The notes below the pieces were generated by a model. It saw nothing but the letters and a program-made list of their open reading frames with translations, was not told where the DNA came from and did not search any database. Position numbers and translations under genes: made by a program. From Castellaniella sp. (GTDB taxonomy: Bacteria > Pseudomonadota > Gammaproteobacteria > Burkholderiales > Burkholderiaceae_B), in the NCBI RefSeq assembly GCF_034007085.1, contig NZ_JAVERO010000001.1:2991-66990 (forward strand): a stretch of 64,000 nt of DNA. Direction: 5' to 3'. Every line of letters starts with the position of its first letter. Position 1 is the stretch's first letter. Shown here piece by piece: positions 9,761 to 17,270 of this stretch.

Positions 9761-10171
9761 ATGCCAGTCAGCTTCCTGGGCACTACGCGCTGCAACTGAG
9801 ACCACGGCCCGCTTTCTCGGCACCTTCCTGGAAGACCCGGCCGCCGTACCCGGCGCGGTACTGCATGCGCTGTCGTCCCAGCTCGGCATCGCCGACCCCG
9901 ACTGCGTGCTGCCCTACCGCGAGAGCGAGCAGCGCTGGCGGCACACGACCGAGATTCGCTCACGCATGGAGTCGCGCCTGTGGCGTCTGCTGCCGAGATC
10001 GGCAGCATCGACAAGACCATCCACACTCTGAACTTCATCGACGACGAGGCCCGCCGCCGCGCCACGCTGCTGCAATTGAACCTCGGCGAAGGCCGCCACA
10101 GCCTGGCGCGCGAGGTTTTCCACGGCAAACGCGGCAAGCTGCGACCCCTGAGCAGGAAGGACGACGTTTGA
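9761..10171 (+). pseudogene. tnpA: Tn3-family transposase TnpA remnant (three fragments in two frames)
   Basis: MPVSFLG... start, stopping after 12 codons. A second frame gives ARFLGTFLEDPAAVPGAVLHALSSQLGIADPDCVLPYRESEQRWRHTTEIRSR (TnpA N-terminal region). Back in the first frame, EIGSIDKTIHTLNFIDDEARRRATLLQLNLGEGRHSLAREVFHGKRGKLR (TnpA C-terminal region). Confidence 0.75.
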
Positions 10172-10183
10172 GCCGCTTCAATC

Positions 10184-10393
10184 CTATCCGCAGCATCCGC
10201 GCTGCTGCTGGATAGGCGGGCACGGCACCGAGCCGTAGGAGCAGAACACGCAGCAGTCGCCGGGCTTGGGGCGCAGCAGCGTGTGACACGCCGGGCACTC
10301 ATCGTAGAACTGGCAGGCATCCGTCGGCATGGTCTCCTGCCAGGCGTGCCCGCACTGTGGGCAAGTCAGTATGGATTCGAGAATGATGGCCAT
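10184..10393 (-). CDS. GDCCVxC-motif cysteine-rich small protein
   Basis: 69 aa with 11 Cys: CPQC...CPAC zinc-ribbon-like pairs, GDCCVFC, CPP and a C-terminal GCCG. Confidence 0.75.
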   Translation of the reverse strand: MAIILESILTCPQCGHAWQETMPTDACQFYDECPACHTLLRPKPGDCCVFCSYGSVPCPPIQQQRGCCG

Positions 10394-10400
10394 CGCGGCG

Positions 10401-10551
10401 TCACTTCTGCACGGCGGACGGGTAGCCCGCGTTGGTCGTGGTCTTGGTCAGCGCTTCCGGCTGGGCCTTGTCCGGGTCGTAGGTTCTGGAGTTCCGCCTT
10501 GACGCCATCGCAGCGAGCGCAGCCAGGCACCTGGAACAGTTCGATCTTCAC
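10401..10551 (-). pseudogene. Chimeric remnant: glutaredoxin/thioredoxin-like 5' end fused out of frame to a MerP-like heavy-metal-associated 3' end
   Basis: A GTG start overlapping the merR-like stop gives VKIELFQVPGCARCDGVKAELQNL. From about 10480 a +1 shifted frame reads YDPDKAQPEALTKTTTNAGYPSAVQK then TGA, 7 nt before the next ATG, which is a MerP-type C-terminus. Confidence 0.55.
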
Positions 10552-10970
10552 GGCGCGATCCCTCCATCGGTATCGATCTGCTCCAGCGCCGCCAGGATCG
10601 GGCAGTCATCGACCGGCTGCGTCCCGTCTGCGCATTCGGCGATCAGCCGATCCAGCGCGGCCGACATCGCCTGCATGGTGCGAATCTTGGCGGTGAGCTG
10701 GAGCTTTTTCTCGACGGCGCGGCTGCGCACGTCGTCGCAGCAGGCATCCGCTGATTGGCGCAGATGCAGCAGCTCGCGGATTTCGACAAGCGTGAAGCCG
10801 CACGCCTGGGCGTGCTGGATGAAGCGCACCCGGCGCACGGCCTCCTCGCCATACAGGCGATAACCGCTTTCGGTCTTGCTGGCGGGAATCAGCAAGCCCT
10901 CGCGCTCGTAATAGCGCAACGCATCGGGGCTGATGTCCCCCGCCTTTGCCAGCTTGCCGATGGTCAGCAT
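10548..10970 (-). CDS. MerR-family heavy-metal-responsive transcriptional regulator (ZntR/CadR/PbrR-like)
   Basis: MLTIGKLAKAGDISPDALRYYEREGLL HTH. Cys at 77/78, 113 and 123 lie in the positions used for metal binding in MerR/ZntR/PbrR; 140 aa. Confidence 0.85.
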   Translation of the reverse strand: MLTIGKLAKAGDISPDALRYYEREGLLIPASKTESGYRLYGEEAVRRVRFIQHAQACGFTLVEIRELLHLRQSADACCDDVRSRAVEKKLQLTAKIRTMQAMSAALDRLIAECADGTQPVDDCPILAALEQIDTDGGIAP

Positions 10971-11233
10971 CACGGCTGGCCGAGACCCGCGGCGCGCAAG
11001 CTCGCTTCGTCCACGCCGCGCCCGGCGCAGCAGCCCGCGAGTTGAGCATTGATCGCTACGGCCGGCACTGAGCGCACACCCAGCGCCTTGGCGCGTTGCG
11101 CCACTGCGATGTCGTGCATGTCGTGCACTTCGACCGCGCACGAGGGGCAGGCAAGGCTTTGCACCAGGGAAACCACTTCGGCGCAGGCCGGGCAACCGGC
11201 GCTGAACACTTCGACCTTGCGTTTGGCAGTCAT
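10970..11233 (-). CDS. Thioredoxin/glutaredoxin-like small protein with three Cys pairs
   Basis: MTAKRKVEVFSAGCPACAEVV... followed by ACPSC and AGCCAG motifs; 87 aa. First gene downstream of the MerR-type promoter. Confidence 0.7.
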   Translation of the reverse strand: MTAKRKVEVFSAGCPACAEVVSLVQSLACPSCAVEVHDMHDIAVAQRAKALGVRSVPAVAINAQLAGCCAGRGVDEASLRAAGLGQP

Positions 11234-11301
11234 ATCAAGGCTCCTTTCGAAATTCGTGACGGAACTGGGCACGCGGTTGCGCGCTGCTTCATCACGGTTT
11301 C

Positions 11302-11333
11302 AGAATAAACCTTGGAGTTAACTCCAGAGTCAA
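11302..11333 (-). promoter_or_regulatory. MerR-type promoter/operator with long spacer and dyad
   Basis: The minus strand reads TTGACT-CTGGAGTTAACTCCAAGGT-TTATTCT: a -35 TTGACT, a 19-20 bp spacer containing the perfect palindrome TGGAGTTAACTCCA, and a -10 TTATTC/TATTCT. It lies about 70 nt upstream of the thioredoxin-like gene. Confidence 0.7.
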
Positions 11334-11374
11334 GAGAAATGTTGCCTAGCAGCCGTCAAGCCGCTAAGCCGGTT

Positions 11375-11400
11375 GGCTGTTCCATTGCTCCCCGAACCCC
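11375..11400 (-). repeat. Right terminal inverted repeat
   Basis: GGCTGTTCCATTGCTCCCCGAACCCC is the exact reverse complement of 8639..8664. Confidence 0.9.
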
Positions 11401-11405
11401 GACTC
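11401..11405. repeat. Target-site duplication GACTC (right copy)
   Basis: Identical to 8634..8638 and directly abuts the right IR. Confidence 0.85.
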
Positions 11406-11481
11406 CGGCAATGCCTGCGCCCGTCCGCGTTATCATGGGTGTTGGCCAATTGCTTGAAACCTTTATCTTCACGGATTTTCC

Positions 11482-12417
11482 ATGGAAGGCTTTGTCACCA
11501 ACGGATTTCAACCCCTGCCCGGCTGCGCGCTGGTGCGCATCCAGGGGGCCGACGCCGCTGCGTTCCTGCACGGGCAGCTGACGCAGGGCATTGTTGGCCT
11601 GAGCAGCGATCGGGCGGTGCCGGTGGCGTACTGCACGCCGCAGGGCCGCTTGCTGGCCAATGGCGTGATCTGGCGGACGGGGGATGATCGCTTTGTCTGG
11701 ATGGTGTCACAGGATGTGGCGGAAGGTCTGATCAAACGCCTGCGCATGTTCGTGCTGCGTGCGAAAGTCACCCTCGATCTGGACGCTACCCTGCGGGCCT
11801 GGGGCGTCTGGGGTATCGATGCCGTAGCGGCCACACTGCACGGCACACCGGCCTGGACACGGGTCGCGATCGCGGGCGCGGATTGGATCGTGGCCCCCAT
11901 GGCTCAGGCGGAACGACCCGCTGCCTGGCGTGTTGCAGACACTGCGCCGGATGTGCTGCCTGACGCTTCCAGCGCGGCTGGAGAAGACGCCTGGGCAGCG
12001 CTGCGGCTGGCCAGCGGCTGGCCCTGGATCTGGGCGGCTTCCCAGGATATGTTTCTGCCGGCTTCCCTGGACATGGACCTGAACGGCACCATCGACTTTG
12101 CCAAGGGCTGCTACCCCGGCCAGGAAGTCATCGCCCGCAGCCATTATCGGGGGACCGTCAAGCGCCGCCTGGCCTGCGGGGCCGTTCCCTGGGAAACCGG
12201 CGCCCCTGCCCTGCCCCCAGGCTCGGATCTGTATGCTGCCGGCGATGGCGATGGCCGGCCCGTGGGCCGGGTGATCGAATCGGCGCTTGCTCGGGGACGG
12301 CTGTACATGGCTGCCGAGATCACCCTGTCGGACTGGCCGGCGACGCGCTATGCCATCGGTGCGCCCGGCGGTGCGGTACTCGACCTGGGCGTGCCTTCCC
12401 AGGCCGGTTCCGACTGA
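11482..12417 (+). CDS. ygfZ: Folate-binding Fe-S cluster repair / tRNA-modification protein YgfZ
   Basis: KGCYPGQEVIARSHYRGTVKRRL signature and a GcvT-like N-terminal half; 311 aa. Confidence 0.85.
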   Translation: MEGFVTNGFQPLPGCALVRIQGADAAAFLHGQLTQGIVGLSSDRAVPVAYCTPQGRLLANGVIWRTGDDRFVWMVSQDVAEGLIKRLRMFVLRAKVTLDLDATLRAWGVWGIDAVAATLHGTPAWTRVAIAGADWIVAPMAQAERPAAWRVADTAPDVLPDASSAAGEDAWAALRLASGWPWIWAASQDMFLPASLDMDLNGTIDFAKGCYPGQEVIARSHYRGTVKRRLACGAVPWETGAPALPPGSDLYAAGDGDGRPVGRVIESALARGRLYMAAEITLSDWPATRYAIGAPGGAVLDLGVPSQAGSD

Positions 12418-12486
12418 TCAGGGGGATCTCGTCGGGCCGGTGCAATGGGCGGCGCACGGGCGGAACCCGGCGCCCTCGTCCATGGC

Positions 12487-13380
12487 TCAGCGCGGCTGAT
12501 GATACAGTTTCAGAATGCTGGAAAAATCCAGCTTTCCATGCCCCTGGCTGCTGTGCAGCGCGTACAGATTGCGTGCCAGTTCGCCCAAAGGGGTCGTCGC
12601 ACGGGCCTGCATGGATGCTTCTGCCGCCAGCCCCAGGTCCTTGAGCATCAGATCCACGCCAAAACCACCTGCATAATCCTTGGAGGCCGGCGTATTGTCC
12701 ATCACACCAGGCCAGGGGTTGTACAGTTCCGTCGCCCAGTTGCGCCCGGAGCTTTTGGCGATGATATCCGACAGGGTCTTGGGATCCAGGCCATTGGCCA
12801 CGCCCAGGGCCAGGGCTTCGGCGGTGCCCGCCATCAGGATGCCCAGGAGCATGTTGTTGCAGATCTTGGCGACCTGACCCGCGCCTGCGTCGCCCGCATG
12901 AAAGATGTTCTTGCCCATTTTTTCGAGATAGGGCCGGGCCGATTCCAGGTCGGCGGCTGCGCCGCCGACGATGAAGGTCAGCGTCCCTGCCACAGCGCCG
13001 CCCGTGCCGCCGGAGACCGGTGCGTCGATCATGCGGATGCCGCGCTGCGCGGCAGCGGCCGAGACCTTGCGGGCCGACTCGGGGGCAATGGTGCTGCATT
13101 CAAGCACCAGCGTGCCCTGGGCAATCGAGGCCAGCAGGCCCTCGTCGCCCAGGTACAGGCTTTCGACGTGACGACTGGCCGGTAGCATGCTGACGACCAG
13201 ATCGGCGCCCTTGACGGCGTCCGCCGCCGAGGCGGCCGCCGTGGCGCCCGCCTGGACCAGGGTCTGGACGGCCTGGGGGACCAGATCAAAGACCTGAAGC
13301 CTGTGGCCTGCCTTCAGCAGGTTCTGTGCCATCGGGCCGCCCATGTGGCCCAATCCGATGAATCCGATGGTGCTGCTCAT
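12487..13380 (-). CDS. mmsB: 3-hydroxyisobutyrate dehydrogenase
   Basis: MSSTIGFIGLGHMGGPMAQNL Rossmann motif; beta-hydroxyacid dehydrogenase family. Context is valine catabolism genes. Confidence 0.85.
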   Translation of the reverse strand: MSSTIGFIGLGHMGGPMAQNLLKAGHRLQVFDLVPQAVQTLVQAGATAAASAADAVKGADLVVSMLPASRHVESLYLGDEGLLASIAQGTLVLECSTIAPESARKVSAAAAQRGIRMIDAPVSGGTGGAVAGTLTFIVGGAAADLESARPYLEKMGKNIFHAGDAGAGQVAKICNNMLLGILMAGTAEALALGVANGLDPKTLSDIIAKSSGRNWATELYNPWPGVMDNTPASKDYAGGFGVDLMLKDLGLAAEASMQARATTPLGELARNLYALHSSQGHGKLDFSSILKLYHQPR

Positions 13381-13437
13381 GTGTGTCTCCTGTGGTGATG
13401 CGTAGAATTTTTTCAGGGTCATGCGTGTCCGGTCGGC

Positions 13438-14598
13438 TCAGGGGCCCAGATCTGCCAGGGGGTGCGGCAGCCCGTCCGGCCCCAGCGGGGCCAGGAAACG
13501 CTGCACCCAGTCCGCCGTGGCCTGCTCTCGGGTGGCCGGATTCCAGCGCGGCGTCTTGTCCTTGTCGATCAGCAGCGCGCGGATGCCTTCGCGGAAATCG
13601 GGTTCGGCACAACAATGCAGCGAGGCCGTGAATTCCATCCGAAAGGTTTCCGCCAGGGACTGATGCCGTGCGCGTGCCAGCAGCGTATGACTGAGACGGG
13701 CCGATCCCGGTGAGCCAGCCAGAAAAGTTGCCGCTGCCCGCGCCAGCCAAGGATCCGGATCATCTTTCCAGGCGCTGATGGCAGCGCCGATTTCCAGAAA
13801 ATCGGCACGCCCGCAGGCCAGGCGGATGCGGTCCGCGTGACGCTGCAAAGGCCCGGGTTCGGGGGCTGCTGCCTGACATGCGTCCAGCACGGCATCCACC
13901 TGAGCCGCATGCCGGGTCGGGTCGTCCGTCCAATCCGTGGCCGCCAGCGCGCCCAACAAGGCATCAAACCCATTGGCATCGCACAGCCGATCGGCCAGGC
14001 CGTAATGCAGGCAATCGCCTGCGCCCAGCTGCGCGCCGGTGAAGGCCAGGAATGTGCCGATACCGCGCGGCAGGCGGCTGAGCATCCAGGTGCCCGCCAC
14101 ATCGGGATACAGCCCGATGGTGACTTCGGGCATGGCAAACCGTGTCGTGCCGGTCACGACGCGGTGACTGGCGCCCAGCATCAGCCCCACGCCGCCACCC
14201 ATCACGATCCCGCTCGCCCAGCACAACACAGGTTTGGGATAGCTGTGAATGCGGTGATCCAGCCGATATTCGGTTGCAAAGAACTCACGGGCCTGGACAT
14301 TGGCCCAGGCGTCGCCCGCCGGGCTGTCGAGCATGCCGCGGTACAGGCCGTGCAGATCGCCACCGGCACAGAACGCCTTGTCGCCGGCACCGTTCAGAAC
14401 CACGGCGACGAGGCCGTCATCCGCCGCCCAGGCCTGCAGGCGGGCATCCAGCAGCTGGCACATGGCCAGGGACAGGCCGTTCAGGGTCCGGGGGCTGTTC
14501 AGCGTGGCAACACCGATGCGTCGGCCGTCGTGGCCGGGGATTTCCTGGAACAGTACCGGGAGCTGATCGGTGGCTTCGGAAAGAGCGGGCGCATTCAT
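13438..14598 (-). CDS. 3-hydroxyisobutyryl-CoA hydrolase (enoyl-CoA hydratase/isomerase family)
   Basis: ECH_2-type sequence (LNGAGDKAFCAGGDL, IVMGGGVGL); 386 aa from MNAPALSE. ATGA overlap with the upstream acyl-CoA dehydrogenase gene. Confidence 0.8.
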   Translation of the reverse strand: MNAPALSEATDQLPVLFQEIPGHDGRRIGVATLNSPRTLNGLSLAMCQLLDARLQAWAADDGLVAVVLNGAGDKAFCAGGDLHGLYRGMLDSPAGDAWANVQAREFFATEYRLDHRIHSYPKPVLCWASGIVMGGGVGLMLGASHRVVTGTTRFAMPEVTIGLYPDVAGTWMLSRLPRGIGTFLAFTGAQLGAGDCLHYGLADRLCDANGFDALLGALAATDWTDDPTRHAAQVDAVLDACQAAAPEPGPLQRHADRIRLACGRADFLEIGAAISAWKDDPDPWLARAAATFLAGSPGSARLSHTLLARARHQSLAETFRMEFTASLHCCAEPDFREGIRALLIDKDKTPRWNPATREQATADWVQRFLAPLGPDGLPHPLADLGP

Positions 14599-15749
14599 CG
14601 CAGATCGGCCTCCTGGGTGAGAATATGACGCGCCACGATCAGGCGCATGATTTCGTTGGTACCTTCCAGGATCTGATGCACGCGGGTATCGCGCACCAGG
14701 CGTTCCAGCGGGTAGTCCTTCAGGTAGCCATAGCCGCCATGGATCTGCTGCGCGTCCAGGCAGGACTGGAAACACAGGTCCGTGGCCAGGCGCTTGGCCA
14801 TCGCGCAGTAGGCGGTGGCCTGGGGATCGCCTTCGTCGAGTTTGCAGGCCGCCAGCCGCACCATCTGGCGGGAAGCCACGATATGGGTCAGCAGGTCGGC
14901 CAGCTTGAACTGCAAGGCCTGGAAATCCGCCAGGGCGCGCCCGAACTGGCGCCGTTCGCCCATGTAGCGGCGTGCGGCTTCGTAGGCCCCCTGGGCGGCA
15001 CCGACCGAGCAGGTGGCGATATTGATGCGCCCCCCGTCCAGACCCTTCATGGCAAAGCGAAAACCCTCGCCTTCTTCGCCCAGGCGGTTTTCCACCGGCA
15101 CCTGGACGTTTTCGAAGGTGATCGGACGGGTGGACTGGCTGTTCCAGCCCATTTTGTGTTCCTTGCGGCCATAGGTGATGCCGTCGCTGTCGGCCGGCAC
15201 CACCAGAGCCGAAATGCCGCGTGCGCCCTCGCCGCCGGTGCGCGCCATGACCACCAGGACATCGGTGTCCCCGGCACCGGAAATGAAGGCCTTGGCGCCA
15301 TTCAGGACGTAGTGCCCACCCTCGCGGCGCGCGCTGGTCGTCAACGAAGCGGCATCCGAACCCGCGCCGGGTTCGGTCAGGCAGTAGGATGCGAGTTTTT
15401 CACCGCTGGTCAGCAGCGGCCCCCAGTGGTCGCGCACGCTGGGCTGCGCCCAGGTGCCGATCATCCAGGTTGCCATGTTGTGAATGGTGATGAAGGCCGT
15501 GGTGGAGGGATCGACAGCAGCCATTTCCTCGAACACCAGCGTGGCGTCCAGGCGGGGCAGGCCCAACCCGCCAATGGATTCAGGCGCATACATGGCGCAG
15601 AATCCGAGTTCGCCGGCCTTGGCGAAAGTTTCTCGGGGGAAGATGCAATCCTCGTCCCACTGCGCCGCATGTGGGGCCAGTTCGCCCTGGGCGAATTCCC
15701 GGGCGGCCTGGGCAAAGGCCTGTTGTTCCTCGGTAAGGCGAAAATCCAT
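14595..15749 (-). CDS. Acyl-CoA dehydrogenase (probable isobutyryl-CoA dehydrogenase)
   Basis: 384 aa. ACAD motifs (CLTEPGAGSDA, QIHGGYGYLKDYPLERLVRD); operonic with the hydrolase and mmsB. Confidence 0.85.
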   Translation of the reverse strand: MDFRLTEEQQAFAQAAREFAQGELAPHAAQWDEDCIFPRETFAKAGELGFCAMYAPESIGGLGLPRLDATLVFEEMAAVDPSTTAFITIHNMATWMIGTWAQPSVRDHWGPLLTSGEKLASYCLTEPGAGSDAASLTTSARREGGHYVLNGAKAFISGAGDTDVLVVMARTGGEGARGISALVVPADSDGITYGRKEHKMGWNSQSTRPITFENVQVPVENRLGEEGEGFRFAMKGLDGGRINIATCSVGAAQGAYEAARRYMGERRQFGRALADFQALQFKLADLLTHIVASRQMVRLAACKLDEGDPQATAYCAMAKRLATDLCFQSCLDAQQIHGGYGYLKDYPLERLVRDTRVHQILEGTNEIMRLIVARHILTQEADLR

Positions 15750-15963
15750 GGTGTGTGTCTCCGGATTTCATGGGGCTGCTGCGGCTGTGCTCGTGGCGCC
15801 GCTCGATACGGTCCCGCCTGGGGCTGGTGTCCTACTTGGCGGATTCAGTTTGACTGTAGCACTTCGCTGGCCTGTCCCCCTGCGGCCTGCTCACCTTAGC
15901 GCAGCCGTCTGGACATGGCTGTCGCGCACACGACAATCGACAGCCGGCCCGGAGACGCCGCCA

Positions 15964-16278
15964 TCAAGCGCGTGGCGCGCCTGTCCGCACAGACCGCTGC
16001 GGCGCCTCGCGCCGATGCGCCGCGCGCCGCCGCCGGGATTCCAGGGGGTCGAAGACCAGCGGCCGGTACAGTTCGACACGGTCGCCTTCGCGCAGTGTCC
16101 GGTATTCATCGCAGCGTTCGCCGTACACGCCAGTTGCAAGCGGAATATCCGAGAATTCAGGAAACGTCTCGGCAAAACCGCTGAGCGCCAGGGCCTGGCC
16201 GACGGTCGCGCCCTCGGGCACGTCCAGTGTCTGCCGCCACAGCTGCGTGGGGGCGGCAAAGGCGATCTGCACCCGCAC
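15964..16278 (-). CDS. rnfH: RnfH-family ubiquitin-like protein
   Basis: MRVQIAFAAP...VGVYGERCDEYRTLREGDRVELYRPL pattern. Directly downstream of ratA. Confidence 0.8.
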   Translation of the reverse strand: MRVQIAFAAPTQLWRQTLDVPEGATVGQALALSGFAETFPEFSDIPLATGVYGERCDEYRTLREGDRVELYRPLVFDPLESRRRRAAHRREAPQRSVRTGAPRA

Positions 16279-16281
16279 CGT

Positions 16282-16716
16282 TCAGTCCCCGTAGAGCGCG
16301 TAGGCGCGCTGGGTGAAGGAATCGATGAAACTGGTGGCGATCCGATTGAAAACCGGCCCCACCACAGCCGACAGCGCACGGCTGGAAAAGGTATATTCCA
16401 TGGTGTAGAGCACCTTGCAGCCGTCTTCGCCCAGGGGCTGAAAGGCCCAATGCCCGGTCAGGCTGGAAAACGGCCCGTCCACCAGATGAAAGACGATCCG
16501 GTGCGGATAGTCGTGGTCATTGCGCGTGGTGAAGCTCTGGCGGATACCTGCGAAATGGATCTGTACCGTCGCCTGCATGCCCTGTTCGTTGTGCCACTGC
16601 ACCTGGGCGCCGCCGCACCAGGGCATGAATTCAGGGTATCGCCCGACATCGGCCACCAGATCGAACATCTGTTCGCAACTGAATGGGACGAGGACGGAGC
16701 GCTGGATCGAAGGCAT
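16282..16716 (-). CDS. ratA: SRPBCC/START-fold RatA (ubiquinone-binding, Coq10-like) protein
   Basis: 144-aa polyketide-cyclase/START-like protein, divergent from smpB as in most proteobacteria. Confidence 0.8.
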   Translation of the reverse strand: MPSIQRSVLVPFSCEQMFDLVADVGRYPEFMPWCGGAQVQWHNEQGMQATVQIHFAGIRQSFTTRNDHDYPHRIVFHLVDGPFSSLTGHWAFQPLGEDGCKVLYTMEYTFSSRALSAVVGPVFNRIATSFIDSFTQRAYALYGD

Positions 16717-16788
16717 CGGGAAATCGGTCGGTTAAGCTAGAATGCCTGGATTTTACATTTTCAGTTCCCGCCTGGGCCGGACCCTTTC

Positions 16789-17253
16789 ATGAGTATTGTC
16801 GAAAATCGCAAAGCCACCCACGATTATTTCATCGAGGAGCGCTTCGAGGCCGGGTTGGTCCTGGAAGGCTGGGAGGTCAAGGCCATCCGCGCAGGCCATG
16901 TCCAGCTCAAGGAATCCTACGTGATCGTGCGCGATGGCGCCCTGTGGATCCTGGGCATGCACATCAGCCCATTGCCCACGGCCTCGACCCATATCCACCC
17001 CAACGCCACCCGCACGCGCAAGCTGCTGCTGCACGCCCACGAAATCAACAAGCTGATCGGCAAGGTCGAACAGCGCGGCTATGCTCTGGTGCCGCTGAAC
17101 CTGCACTACAAGGGGGGGCGCATCAAGCTGGATTTCGGCCTGGGCCGCGGCAAGAAACTGCACGACAAGCGCGATACCCAGCGCGACAAGGACTGGGCGC
17201 GCGAAAAAGAACGGCTGATGAAACACGACACCCGCACGCGCCGGGGTGAATGA
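16789..17253 (+). CDS. smpB: SsrA-binding protein SmpB
   Basis: [30 protein letters not shown] is canonical SmpB; 154 aa. Confidence 0.95.
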   Translation: MSIVENRKATHDYFIEERFEAGLVLEGWEVKAIRAGHVQLKESYVIVRDGALWILGMHISPLPTASTHIHPNATRTRKLLLHAHEINKLIGKVEQRGYALVPLNLHYKGGRIKLDFGLGRGKKLHDKRDTQRDKDWAREKERLMKHDTRTRRGE

Positions 17254-17270
17254 AGCCGTGTCCTGATGGG

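Larger units (their letters stand above)
8639..11400. mobile_element. Decayed, non-autonomous Tn3-family transposon (2762 bp) carrying a TA pair and a MerR-type metal operon
   Basis: GGGG-initiated 26-bp perfect terminal IRs, a 5-bp TSD, a resolvase C-terminal fragment, Tn3-type TnpA fragments, an RHH-PIN pair and cargo genes. Confidence 0.85.

Noticed and set aside
10183-10216. 13-bp bulged hairpin CCTATCCGCAGCA...TGCTGCTGGATAGG overlapping the stop codon of the GDCCVxC gene
   Set aside because: It arises largely from the repetitive QQQRGCCG coding sequence. No U-tract follows on the transcribed strand, so it is not convincing as a terminator or recombination site.
13378-13397. Shared motif CACAGGAGACACAC just upstream of the mmsB and aceE starts (also 51860-51880), with a variant before the acyl-CoA dehydrogenase gene (15747-15765)
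   Set aside because: It is centred on a strong Shine-Dalgarno (AGGAGA). Three short occurrences at start codons are best explained as similar ribosome-binding sites, not a regulatory repeat.
16282-16716. RatA, often annotated as a type II toxin. It could be read as a second TA or defence locus together with rnfH.
   Set aside because: The ratA-rnfH pair divergent from smpB is a conserved core arrangement in proteobacteria. There are no mobility signatures, so it is not treated as an accessory system.
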